A DNA stretch of 59,585 bases, the filler included, from Catajapyx aquilonaris (taxonomy: Eukaryota), in NCBI GenBank assembly GCA_000934665.2. It is 4 parts of 4 records of this genome, joined end to end, with 100 filler letters (N's around TTAATTAATTAA, not from the genome) between each part and the next. Parts side by side here need not be neighbours in the genome. Positions count along the whole stretch, not along the records: positions 1 to 14,825 come from JYFJ02007675.1; positions 14,926 to 29,746 come from JYFJ02007676.1; 2 more parts are not named here. One strand, written 5' to 3'. Positions 13,500 through 25,962 of the stretch are shown piece by piece (within the stretch, counting starts at the first letter, position 1; each line of letters opens with the position of its first letter). Both the position numbers and the translations under genes were made by a program. Under the pieces are notes generated by a model. That model saw only the letters and a program-made list of their open reading frames with translations, did no database searches and was not told the origin of the DNA.

Positions 13500-13904
13500 T
13501 TGTGGCAGAGGGACCTCATTGTCTTCCACAACAACGCTCGCTGTCATATGGCCATTGCTGTTCGGAAACTTCTTCAGAAATGGGAATGTGAACTGTTAGA
13601 ACATCCTCCATATTCACCTGCCATGATGTGACTATGATCAACTCCAAAAATTATGGTACCCCTATACGTGACTTTTATTTCTGTGCACAGGAAGCATATG
13701 CCTTAGGGCAGTCTCTCCATGATGCCTCCACAAAAGATGCTGCTGACAGCGTTAGAAGCCTTTCAGGGATATGGAAAAATGTCTTTAAAATGGCTGTGGA
13801 CTATATCTAGGGAATGTGAAATATTCAAGTGTGTACCAATACTGATGCGCAAATTACAGCAGTGTTGGCTATTGCCAATAATATATTATCAGATGACCCT
13901 CGTA
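13500..13904 (+). mobile_element. Degenerate mariner transposase 3' fragment
   Basis: HNNARCH and LLEHPPYSP remnants. Ends with a TIR-like ATGACCCTCG|TA. Confidence 0.6.
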
Positions 13905-14195
13905 TAAGGAAAGGGTAAGGCAGTGACCTCATGTCTAGATTCTTAGGCAATATCAGTTTCTTTGCCATCGAGGGTCCTACTCTCAAGGCTAGGGAGAGAG
14001 AAGAATTTCCCCACTGCTAGGCAAAATGGTAGGAAACCACCTGATCCACATCGGTACAGTACTTGGGAAATTTACCCTGCAATTCCTAGAAATGAGCCTG
14101 AAATGCTCAGTTGGCTAGCAAGCAATCAAAGTATGAACAGTTACGGGTATGTTATAGGCCCAAGGGCAGGTTTTATTAGCGCAGGTACATGATTA

Positions 14196-14669
14196 TTAAA
14201 GTTCACTGTGGGAGTGATCTTCATCCTTTCTGCCTATAAGGAACAACAATCATGTCATTTACCTCGAGACTCCAGTTTCCACAAAGTGTCATACCTTTAT
14301 CCATCTTTGGAATTTCTAATTCGGCATCAAGATAGAGGCGATCTTCTCCATCTCCTTCCTGATCCTCATCAATAAATTTTAGGTAGTCAAAACCAGGATG
14401 AAGAGGTTTCCAAGGACCAGACTTGATTGCACCTGAAACAAATTGATTAGTAAGGCAGGATGTACGGTATGCTAGACTTACCTGTTGGCTGAAGAGTGCC
14501 TTCGTTCAACATTGACAGCCACTCCCGCACCCTTGACAACATTTGTGGTGTTGCCTCTATTTGCTCTGGGAAGACATACACTTTGGCTGAAGTTCGATTA
14601 AGTCCAACTAGAGTTGGGATTTTCTTCACTGCGTATGCAGACTGAAGGATTTGACCTGCATTTGTCATC
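14196..14669 (-). CDS. TXNDC16: Thioredoxin domain-containing protein 16-like (ERp90), last three exons (14669-14482, 14432-14295, 14233-14196); 5'-partial
   Basis: The spliced product GQILQSAY..PTLVGLN..VYVFP..WL..LNEG..WKPLHPGFDYLKFID resembles the TXNDC16 C-terminus as I recall it. It ends ...DHSHSEL*, a KDEL-like ER retrieval signal. Confidence 0.72.
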
Positions 14670-14825
14670 CTAGAAGTACAGTGGAACATGTTACAAAATC
14701 ACTGCTAATTTTACAAATTCACAAGCTGCTGAGAAACACCTTGCCATTCTTTAAGTTACAACCACTAGCAAGCCAAAAGGCATGGCAAGGTGTTTCTCGG
14801 AAGCTTGTGAACATGCATTTAGTCT

Positions 14826-14925
14826 NNNNNNNNNNNNNNNNNNNNNNNNNNNNNNNNNNNNNNNNNNNNTTAATTAATTAANNNNNNNNNNNNNNNNNNN
14901 NNNNNNNNNNNNNNNNNNNNNNNNN
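14826..14925. other. Artificial contig linker N44-TTAATTAATTAA-N44
   Basis: The 12-mer has TAA stops in all six frames. Identical to the other two linkers. Confidence 0.97.
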
Positions 14926-15025
14926 GGGTTGACTGGGCTGAATATTAGGTCTCCTACATCCTGACAGCACATTCATTGTTTCATTGTCCGCAGGTGGAGC
15001 GACACAGACCTCATCAGGCTCGGCC

Positions 15026-18000
15026 ATGGGAGACTCCAGAGCTAAGGTAAACGGACCCATACCCTTTCCGTTGCCTGGAGGTTGGTTTCACTTCCCTCAC
15101 CAGTGGGTGTGTAAGCTTCAGATGCGCCCTACTGGGAAGGAACCAGTTTATGCCTGTGCCCCTAATATTGTTTACTAGTCCACTTCCTGGATACTTTTTT
15201 TTGTGTGATTACATAACTGCCAAGCAGTTGATGAATAATAGGCTCAAGTGCACGATTTATGCGGTTAGAAGATAGTTCTCACTGCACTGTTTGCCTGTCT
15301 TTCAATATTGCAGCACACAAAATGCCAAATTGTTTTGATGGTAGCGAATGATAATTTCTCAGGCATCATTCTGATGGCCATTAATGTCAATTGCCTTGGT
15401 TTCCTGTTATGCAATGGTGACTCAGCTGCACGAGATTTATTTCGTGGAGTTTTAGAGCGTCTGAACAAAGTCTATCCTTGGTGAAGATTGTTGTGTGCAC
15501 TTCCTTTTGATGATTCAGTTCCGCATGAGGGCACACTCACACAAGAGAATCCTTGACCCATAGGTGACAATATTTGCTACACTTGCTTTTTCACAATTTG
15601 TACGAGGCTGATCGTAACATTGCTGCTGCAAGGACATTTTCTCGATACACATCAAGTCTCCAGAAAGGCTGGATATTTGACAAAATAAATTCCTGCCAGT
15701 GGTAAAGAGGCATCGTAATATTATTACATATTAGGCGTAATCTCCATGAAACTTAGTAAATTTATTAACTTGAGAATTGCTATCAATTTCCCATAATATT
15801 CTTCCTTCCAGATAGAGGAAATATGCAGCGAGCTGATACTGAGCGAGGCTCAACTCCAGGAGGTGTCGAGGCAGCTTCAAGAGGAGATAGAGAGAGGCCT
15901 GAGCAAAGAAGGCAATGCTTCTTCCAGCGTCAAGTGCTTCCCGACCTACGTCAGACGCCTCCCGACGGGCAGGGAGTCGGGCAAGTTCCTGGCCCTTGAC
16001 CTTGGGGGCACCAATTTCCGTGTGCTGGTCATTGAGCTTGGGCTGGGTAGCTGCAGCATGAAGTCCAAGATCTTTGCCATCCCACAGTCCATAATGACTG
16101 GGTCTGGCACCCAGCTGTTTGACCACATAGCCGAGTGCCTGGCCACCTTCATGAAGGAGCAGGGGATGGGCTCAGGGGAGCGGCTGCCTCTCGGGTTCAC
16201 CTTCAGCTTCCCCTGCAGCCAGGAGGGACTCAAAAAGGCCAGGCTGGTCACCTGGACGAAAGGGTTCAAGTGCGCAGGGGTCGAGGGGGAGGACGTCGTT
16301 GGGCTCCTGCAGGAGGCTCTGCAGAGGAGAGGGGTTAGTCCACTGCCCATGAATTCCCAGCATTTTGTCCCATGTTATCAATACCAATAGAGTCCCGCTT
16401 TTCATAGGAGGCGAATGTGGAAGTGGCTGCCATCCTGAACGATACAACCGGCACCTTGATGTCATGTGCACACCGCAATCCCAATTGCCGTGTGGGCCTC
16501 ATCGTTGGAACGGGGACCAATGCCTGCTACGTGGAGAGGCTGGACAAAGTGGAACTGTTCGACAAGACAGAGCTCACCACGGATGGGGCCGGGCCGGACC
16601 AGGTCATCATCAACACAGAGTGGGGAGCATTTGGGGACACTGGCTGCATTGATTTTGTGCGAACCCAGTACGACAAGGAGATTGACCAAAACTCGCTCAA
16701 CCCTGGAAAGCAGTGGTGAGTATACCCTAGTGCATTTCTCGTCAAATTGGGAGCCAGGCTCCGAGGCAGTCAATATGATCCTATCCGTCCTGCCTTTTCG
16801 ATGATGAAGCTAATTTCCTGGTCAAACACTAGGAATACTTGAGGGGAGCCACTTCAAAAAGCAATGCTTAGTATTTGCGTCATTTTATGGCCATGTAAAC
16901 CTTAAGCTGCGTTTACATGTGAGCGATTTGACGAGCAAAGTCTTTGCTGGGCTGTAACATCGTGGAGTAACCCAAGCAAACAGTATTGTTTGAGGGGAAA
17001 ATCGATTGTTACTTTCACCTCAAACAATATTAGTTACTTCGCTTGTCAAATCGCTCATATGTAAATGCGGCTTTAAAATGCAATTCACGGAATTTTTTGA
17101 TTGATCCCAAAGCGTACAGGAGGAAGCAGCAAGTGATACTGCTGGGAAATGAAGCATGAAGTCATTGTATGCAAATGGTTTTTTCATGGACCATTATTTA
17201 ATCTGTTCTCGGGAAGTGGTTTTATTGCTATCCACTTGATATGCATGCGCTATCCATACGAGCATGTTTTTTTACATGTTCACTTTGTGTAAGGTATGAT
17301 AAGCAGGCCATTTATGATGAACTTGGCAGTATAAATAGACTGGCAGTTTACAACGTGATCGTAGGTCATGGAAACCTTGACACAATGGTGAACAAGCGTA
17401 CAGTCAATTGTTTCAGTACATTGTCCCTACTTACATTTTATCTCACATATATGAGTACTCATCCTGTTCCTGTAGAACGTGTCGGAAATGGTGACTGGAA
17501 TTTCCGCATGGCTGGTCACTTGATGACATGACGCAGGCTGAAATCCAGTCAGTGACCTCATGTCAAAATTGTTGGTGGGAACTGGAGATTAAATTCCTTA
17601 GTCTACCTGTCAAAATAGAAAGAATGCGTCACACACGTGTATATTATAAAGCGTGCATTTTGTACCAAAGGCTGTTTGGTTGTGCACTTGCGAAATTCAA
17701 AAATTCTGGCAAGTTTGTGTAATGAAGATAAAATCCCCTTATCAACACGCACCATGAACGTTGGTTAATAAGGAAGAAAGCTGTTAATCTCAAGCACAAT
17801 CAATAGCAAGATATTATGTGGCATGGTTAAAATATTGTCAGTTCGCAATCATGAAAAATAAACAAAGAACAATTATGTTCAGAATTTCCAGAAATATCAA
17901 AAATCATGTGAGCAAAGAGTGGCTTGTACTTTATGCATATATTTTTTTCCAGCTATGAGAAGATGATATCAGGCATGTACATGGGCGAGCTGGCACGTCT

Positions 18001-18769
18001 GGTCCTGGTTCGCCTGACGAATGATGGCCTCCTGTTTGGAGGGAAGGGATCGGACCTGCTGTTTGAGAGAGGCAAGTTCTTCACCAAGTTCATCTCGGAG
18101 ATAGAGAGTGACCGGAGAGGGGACTACACCAACTGCAGGGAAGTGCTGGAGGAGCTGGGTCTCCTTCCAGTCGCCGGGCATGAGGGAGTCCCCTCCCCCT
18201 CGGAGGAGGCCGACTGCGAGAATGTGCGATACGTGTGTGAGGTGGTCAGCCGCAGGGCAGCGTACCTGGCAGGTGCCGGGGTGGCCACCCTCCTCAACCG
18301 GATGGGAGAAGGCAACGTCACCGTAGCAGTAGATGGGTCAGTGTACCGCTTCCACCCACATTTCCACCAGCTGATGGTGGAGCAGATCAGGCGGATGGTC
18401 CACAACGTCAAGGTGGGTTGGTTTTGGCACTGCTTAACATGTGGGAGCTTCCTGGACACCTGGGGTTATGCGTATCTAACAACGTCTCTAGTAGTGCAGC
18501 ATGTTGCTCTCGCAATATCACCTATAGTGTACTTTTTCTCTTTCTTGTGCTGCCAGTATCCTAGTCACGAGGAAAGGTTGAAGGTTAGTTTGGTGGCATT
18601 CAAGCCTGTGCATTGCAGCAACCTTGGTTATCAGTGGTGCCCTTCCAAGGAGTTGCGTAACCATTTCCCCTTTTGCCCCCAGTTTGACCTGATGCTCTCG
18701 GAGGATGGGAGTGGACGTGGGGCTGCCCTGGTGGCGGCCGTCTCTTGCAGCCAACAGCAACATCTGTAG
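15026..18769 (+). CDS. Hexokinase (single-domain type); exons 15026-15046, 15812-16333, 16408-16715, 17953-18412, 18683-18769
   Basis: FLALDLGGTNFRV, LGFTFSFPC, WTKGF, ILNDTTGT, VGTGTNACY, INTEWGAFGD, EKMISGMYMGEL, DGSVY and SEDGSGRGAAL motifs. GT-AG introns keep the frame. The start ATG is tentative. Confidence 0.97.
16902..17076. mobile_element. Short MITE, PIF/Harbinger-like
   Basis: TTAAGCTGCGTTTACATGTGAGCGATTTGACGAGC ... GCTTGTCAAATCGCTCATATGTAAATGCGGCTTTAA inverted termini with TTA/TAA flanks. Confidence 0.65.
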
Positions 18770-19177
18770 TCTAAGGCTAATTAAAAACAAGACACATCCC
18801 CCCAACCCCAACCTAGTCCCCCTTAAATAAGTGCAATACTTGTATCCCCCCACCACCCTCTCATTCCCCTCACCCCNCCCCCCCCCTTCCCGTCACTCTT
18901 AGATTTGTACACGAGATATATATTGTAATTATTAATATTATTATAAATAGTGAGAGCATGATTCAATGCAACATTTTGTGTGGGTGGGGATGAGGGGAGA
19001 GAAATATTAATAAATACCATTCAGAGTAAAAGGGTGGCAGGGACCGAAAGTGCAATATGTAAAATGGCTCTTTATTGCTACCTTAGTGACTTCATTTATA
19101 CAAAAAAGGTGCTTCCCACCCCCATCCACGGGATCAGCTGGGAATTCGTTCCGGCCACTCTGAGATTGCCAGTGGGT

Positions 19178-21764
19178 TCAGGCATAAGCCGTGTGCTTCT
19201 GTTGTTTGGGCTCATTTGCTTTGGCCCTTGCGTCGGCCCTCTGCTGGGACAGCTGCCCCGCTGCCCACCGCAGCCTCGAGAGGAAGTCGGGTAATGCTGC
19301 AAGGAAATAAAAAGTATTATTCATCGAATATTTGTCCCATTTCATTCACGACACATTCTCAAATATGACTGGCTAGAATGTTAGACTGAGATTGTCTACT
19401 CTGTGAAGAATATTCGAGAAGCCAAGCAATAAAACACGATAAATATTCACCGGTAAATGCAACCCAAGTGGTGACGGCAGACGGTAAGGTGAGGCCTGGG
19501 TTGTCAAAGTATGTGAGCCCAAACTCGATTCCTGGCTGGTGGAAGTCCTGGTTGCCAACGGGCTTGATGACCATGACCGACCAGTATTCGTTGACCCTGT
19601 GGTTTCCCTTGACGACGGGACAGCCGGGGTGGTTGGTGGAGCGGTTGTAAATGACCATGACCCTCTGCTGGTGGTCCACCAGGAAGCGCCTCTGAAACAC
19701 GTAGTCGCGGTTTGCCAGGAAGCGAGGCCACCGCATCTCCCAGTATATCACATCAGAGTTCTCCTCCGGGTTGGTCTCCACCACACGCAGCTCTGCTGCA
19801 CTGGCATCCCACCTGCCACACACAAAAACAAGGAGAATGGTAACACCACTGCTGCAACTGCGACTAGTGTCCAAGCGGACCTTTTCCTGTATTCCACATC
19901 AGTCTGGACGCGAAGGAAGTCCGACGCGGTCACTTCTCCGTAGACCCCATGCACCTTGTATGCATACAGCCCTCGGTGCTTGGGATGTCCCTGCCTCCAG
20001 ATCAGCACACCTGGTCTCTCCAGGAAAGGGGTCCATGAGGACAGGCGGGAGTGATGCCTATCACAGCCATCTTCCGGTGCAGATTTTGTAGCTCGGAAGG
20101 GGCCCCCTTGGCATGTGCAATACGCAACTCCAGGCCATACCTGATACACAAAATGAATAGGAATTATGGGATGGTCACGAATCATCTGTGTTTGATGCAG
20201 CCCAACATACCTGGTCGACGACAAGCCTCCTCCCACAGACTGAGCACGTCATGGTTTTCTCCCGGAGAACGGACATGTCCTCCAGGTCCTCCAGATGCGA
20301 GTGCAACTCTGAGTCACTGATATGGTCTGTGTCCCAATCAAAAATGTCCCTCTCATCACATTCGCCAAAGTTGGACAACCCAATGGCAGCTCCCCCCAGC
20401 AGGAAGAGTGGTGGCCTGGAGTTGCCCCAGAGACGCCAGTGCAGAACGGTGGCCGCGTGGAGGCGACGCACCCTCTGGGCTGCCACACACTCCACCTGCA
20501 CCAGGCAGCTGCGGACTATGGCATGCGAGTGCTGCCGGAGGGTGCTGAGGAGCCGCCAGTGCTCACATCGCATCTGATGGAGGAAAGGCAGGGATTGAAA
20601 TGAACTGTCATACGCGTAAAAAGCCAACTCTAGGAGCAGATTATGGAAAGTACACATTGAAGAAGCAGTTGTGCTATACCGTTAGAAATATTTATAATAA
20701 ATCATTGGGAATTTTCATGTATACTGGTGTAACTCCAAAATGCTCTGGAAGATTTTGGCCATTTCTAACATATTTCTTGGGGAAGATGTAAGGTAAAGAA
20801 ATTATTCACCGACTCATTCTAAAAAAGAAATCCATAAAAAGTACACAGTGCATCTTGGGAATATTCAGACTGACATCATGCAGGTGTGTCAACTCTTATT
20901 TTAACGTTTCAGGTTTGAAAGTGGCATTTAAAGTCTCAACTGAATTAAAAACCAGAGGTTTTGACTCCTAGTATTCTCAACCTGTTGAAGGGGGGGGAGG
21001 GGGGGGGGGGGAATGTGCATGTTTAGGACTGTGTCTATTTCTAATTTTCATGGGCTTAAAAACCTGTGCAGGTGATTTGTTGCCCAGCATTTCCTGGCAC
21101 TCCTTCAACATAACTGTGTGGGTTGCTGGTGGGAGGAAACCCAAGAGATGCTGCAACAACCCTCTCACCTTTCTCCCAGTCACACTTCAAGCTTTGGCTT
21201 TGTCCTGTCAAGTCGCTAGCTGTCAATTCGCAACCTTTCCCAGAAGGGCTCCCACTCACATTCCGTCCGCACTTTTAGAAAACTGCCGGACCTATCCTGT
21301 GTGTATGACTACGACTAGGGAAATGCACCGCATTTTGTTTGCATGTGCAACAAAATTCTGGTCAGTGTGTAAATGAGTAGGTCGGACGGGGACAAGTTGC
21401 GTTGAAGGCTCCTTTTTTGGCAAGGTGCCAACGGGGTTAACTGCCCCGATCCCTTGCAAGGTGTCCTTTTCCTTCCAACCCTGGCATTCTAAAGAAAACC
21501 ACCACCACCCCCCATGATGTTAAATATAGCCTTGTTCCCCTCCCCCACCTTGTAATGAAGTGCACAGGGCATCAACCTGGGTCCCCAAACGACGCCAATG
21601 CCATCCACTACTATTCGAAAGCATGACATAACGTGTGGCAGTGGCATAACCGCGACGCCGAAACGGGTAACCAACAGTTACGAGGGAAATAGAACGCGAG
21701 AGATGCGGCGTACCTTTGCGGCGAGTGATGCCACCCACCGCTTGGTCCAGTGGGCCGCATTCAT
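19178..21764 (-). CDS. STARD7: StAR-related lipid transfer protein 7-like (START domain, likely mitochondrial); exons ~21764-21714, 20573-20211, 20140-19881, ~19812-19450, ~19296-19178
   Basis: VAAQRVRR N-terminal motif, LYAYKVHG, FLRVQTDVEYRKRWD, DVIYWEMRWP..ANRDYVFQRR, EYWSVMVIKP, FGLTYFDNPG, ALPDFL. Confidence 0.88.
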
Positions 21765-21889
21765 GGCTGGCGGTGTCTATAGTCCCAGTCTGCCCTTCTG
21801 TGCGGGGGTGCCCTAGGCGGGTGTGGATCCCGTGGATGGGACCGGGAAGCAAGAGAAGAGGATTGTTCGCCTCTTCTGCGTTCCACGGG

Positions 21890-22250
21890 AGGCCATTTGC
21901 CCAGATGGGCGCCCTCCTCCTCCTCCCTCCCTCCCTCTCCCCCACTACTATTTCCGGGAAAGGAACCGGACCGGAACACACACCCTATACGAATGTGGGA
22001 AGGAACGGGCCGTCCACCCCATTGGCTGCAAGGTGGCGAACCAGCCCCCTGATTGGCCAACAGCCGTGCACTGGGCGTGCCTATTTCAAACACGACTGCA
22101 CTGAACGCAGTGCTGGAAATACCAGTGCACATGTAGTGCCTGTGGGCACAGACCCGTTGCGGTCTCGCCTCGACAATGCCCGCAATTACAAGTACGGCAT
22201 GACGGAAACTGCACTGTCGCATCAATGGTCGCGTACTGGTCGTTGTGTTG
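21890..22250. promoter_or_regulatory. Probable bidirectional CpG-rich promoter shared by STARD7 and ZDHHC16
   Basis: Divergent ATGs at 21764 (-) and 22497 (+). CpG-rich, with ATTGG/CCAAT boxes at ~22021 and ~22052. Confidence 0.55.
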
Positions 22251-22496
22251 CCTTGGATGCACACTCGGAGCGGAGGAGAGGCATTTCCAGCGCTGCATGA
22301 AGAGAATGCAAAGATGGCGATGTGCAGTTGATGTCTGGAAGGTCCTCCTGCAGCTGCTCTTTTTCCTCCTGTTGACATGGCCTGGGGAGGGCGGAGGAAG
22401 CTCCTTCCGATGATGGATGATGGGTCCAGGGGCGGCCTCTTCAGATAGTCAGAGGGGCGATCCTTAGTAGGAGGAGGGCATCACCAGCCAACAGTC

Positions 22497-24096
22497 ATGA
22501 AGTGGCGCGTCAACAGGGCTTTCTCCTTCAGGAGCATAGGGTGATTGTCACTTTATAATTATTTACCCTGGCGCATTTCTCGCGTGCGTCATGCTCGAGT
22601 GCCTTGAACCTGAGTACACGTCAGGTGTTGGAGCATGGCTGTATTCATGATCGGTGTAACCTGCAGGTGGATGCTGAGGCACCGCTGGTTCCTGATATGC
22701 CTGACCGCCAAGACCCTCTTCTACAACATCCACGTGGACCAGGAGTACTGTGCCGACACGCTGATGGAGCCCATGTTCTATCTGGTGGACAACTTCACCA
22801 AGGTGCTTGGACCGTTCTTCGTAGCCGCAGTCTGCTGCCTGACTATGGCCGTCGTTGCCATTTGCTACATCATGGGACTGCCGTACTGGTTGGAGAGAGA
22901 TTCACAGGTACTATTGAGCGGTGCTCTTGACACACATGTATTTGATGGCTTGCGAGAGTGAAACTCAACCAAGTTGACCCGCAGGTAATGACACCTATCC
23001 TGGTGGTGGTGGGCCATTGGCTGCTCCTGAATGTGTCGTACCACTACTACAAGGCGGCAACGACCCCTCCTGGGATCCCACCAGAGGGTTCCAAGCTCAT
23101 CCCTGAAGCGGTGAGCGTCTGCAAGAAGTGCATTGCTCCAAGGCCTCACAGGGCACACCACTGCTCCATTTGCAATCGCTGCGTGCTCAAGATGGACCAC
23201 CACTGCCGTATCCTTGTCACCTGAATCGAGCTGGGGTTATGGGGTATCTCTGCATATTTCATGTGGTCAGAGAATTGCAGGGTAGTCTTGTTGCCATACA
23301 ATAATTGCAGGATGGCCTGTCCTTTCATTGCGCTTTGGGATGTTTCAACTTGTGACTGTTATGCACCTTGACCTTTCTCTCAAACAGCCTGGCTGAACAA
23401 CTGCATAGGGCACCTGAACCACCGCTACTTCTTCCTGTACATGTCGTACGTGTGCAGTGGTGTTCTCTTCATCATGGTGTTTGGATTTGACCTGGCCTAC
23501 GAGGAGATCTGGGGAACAGGGGAGGACGAGGAGGGCGCGATGGTGGTTGGGGCGGGAGGGGAGGAGATGCTGGAGGGACACCCAGTGTTTGTGAATGGGA
23601 GCGTTCTGGTGGCCAGGTCGGAGGTGATGCCTGGTGGGGTTGAGGTCTTCCCTCAGGAGGCACTCTTGGAGGTCAAGGAGGAGGGGAGCAAGGGGCTGGA
23701 GTGGAGGAGGGGTTGCGTTATATTTCAGTGTCTCATCTGCAGCGGGGTGCTCATGGCTCTCGGCGCACTCACTGCCTGGCATGCACGTCTCATCACCAAG
23801 GGGGAGACCAGCATAGAGTCACACATAAACAAGGCAGAGACTAAGAGGTTTGCCAAGGACGGAAAGGTACACACACACATGCTAGTCTTTAATTCAGAGT
23901 GTGACACTTCCATTTCCTCCTTTTCTAGAAATACGTGAACCCGTATGACTTTGGCCCAGGTGAGAACTGGAGGCGCTTCCTTGGCCTTCGAACGGTGGGT
24001 AGGTCATGGTGGAGGCATGTCTTCCTGCCTTCAGGCCACTCCCCAGAAGGAGATGGACTCACATGGCCAACCGCACCCATGCCACACAAGCACTAG
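22497..24096 (+). CDS. ZDHHC16: Palmitoyltransferase ZDHHC16; exons 22497-22540, 22667-22907, 22985-23207, 23388-23866, 23929-24096
   Basis: [49 protein letters not shown] domain, [18 protein letters not shown], and the ZDHHC16-type LLPS-like tail [15 protein letters not shown]. Confidence 0.93.
23208..23387 (+). other. U12-type (minor spliceosome) GT-AG intron
   Basis: 5' splice site GTATCCTT. Branch site ACCTTGAC at 23365-23372, with its A 16 nt before the end of the AG. Splicing restores DHHC-PW. Confidence 0.9.
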
Positions 24097-25962
24097 TCAG
24101 CCATGGACCCTTCTACTGCCGCAGCAGAGGCAGAACTACCGCAACAGTTGAACTAATGACCCCCTAACTAAAGGATTCTCTTGAGGTACCTCGGCAGTTC
24201 CAACTACAACAGTTCCGCCGTATTTACTTACTGCCGGGGAATTTTTCAGTGCCGTTAATGCTTTTAAATTAACCAGTATTATACCTCCATGTTTCCTGAT
24301 TCTGTGTGCAGTATCTCTTGAAATGTTCTCTCAATTGCGCCCAATTAGATTCATTGTCACTTGATGCTAATGTTGGCATGTGTAATTTGGTGTTTTTTGA
24401 TTGCCACCATTGGAATAATCCTCTTGCTTTGTGCCCTCAAAAATTGTCAGTGTGGCTACAATACTCGGTTACAACACGTGCATGACTTAAAACTGCAGTG
24501 ACACTGGACCTAACTTGCCAGTCACATAAATTTTGACGAGTCTCACATCTGCAGTACCTTAGAGCGCAGCAGGCAGGTGTGCACCAACAATTGCTTTGGG
24601 ACCATAAGGACTGGAATATCCGGGATGTCAATGCGAGCAGAAGGCTAGTGCAACTAAGCTTCTTTTGTCAAATGTCCATGCCGATATGGCAAGGTGTATG
24701 GCAGGCTAATCACATTCCATCAGAAAGGCAGTATTTTTATTTATTGCGATGTACTGTACTTGATTCTCGGGCAGATTTTGTTGTCTTGTCCTACCTTTTG
24801 CTCACAACAGTATAAGGCGACAGTGATTATTTTTATTTTAATCAGACTATTCATTGTGGTTAGCTTTGTACCACAACTTCCATTCTCATATGCGAGATTG
24901 TGGATCGGTAATATAATTAGATTCGGCGAGGTCACTTCAAGACAAGACTCCAGGTGTAACAAAGCGTCTTGAATGCTAATTTAACGACAAACAGAAATAA
25001 TCTAATTATATTTGGTAGCAGTCTGTAGGGCAGTGGGCTACAGGTTTTTTGTTGCCATGGAACTCTTTCTCTGCAAAAGGATCCCCACCAGATGGAATTT
25101 GAGGTGTGCCACCATCGTTTCTGTTGGAAGTTGTTCCAAATCATATTAAAAAGTTAATCTGTTCTCCGAGTAGTGAAAATCTGAGCTTGAAAGGTGAGAA
25201 TTTGCAATTTTTTCCCATATGAAATGGCTGCAGAAGGCATTAATAGGAATCTGTCGGAATCTTAATTTTTGACAGTGGCAGATATTTAAAAACAGAGTTT
25301 CCGTTTTCCATCTATTACAATATTAGGAACAACTTCTGCCAACTGATCTTGGTACATGCACACATCTCACCTGGAAGGGATCCTATGATTGGAAACCATG
25401 CAATAGAATCCCTTCCACTTTCCAAAAGCACAAGACAGCAGCATGGTACTTTGCCCTACTGTTATACTAAGTTGACCTATACCCCAAGCAATTTCACGGA
25501 GCCATGGGGTTCCACAGATCATCATTTGAAGGCCTCTGACCGTAAAGAGGTTCGTCTCACAATGATCTGAACGAAGAAATGTGTGACCTCAGAGAAAAAT
25601 GTTTCAAGATATTTGTGGAAATGAAGTCTGAAATGAACAATACAAAATGCAATACACCGTTTCCTTTGTAACGTGAATCAAGTCGTAAAGGTCTCCAAGT
25701 CGTCTCTTTTGTTCTGTATAACAATGAAAGTGTGATGTGCTAATAAACTAAGGATTTTTCCTCAAGTTCCAATTCTTTTAATGCCACGTTTCAGCGCATC
25801 AGTGTCATGCTTTGGAGGCGAGGACTTTACAATGTGTTGAAGAGAAGCGACTTCCTATCGACTTATTGGTTCTAATAATTAAGCATCTGGAGGTCTTGAT
25901 AGAAACAACTCTCACGTTGCATGAAGCCCATTTTATTGAATCCCCCCCTTGGCAATGACAGG

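Noticed and set aside
14870..14881. TTAATTAATTAA as a biological motif or repeat array
   Set aside because: Embedded in N runs at all three gaps; it is an artificial six-frame stop linker.
21520..22413. Long overlapping ORFs of 150-205 aa
   Set aside because: GC-rich promoter/5'UTR DNA with few stops; no recognisable protein motifs.
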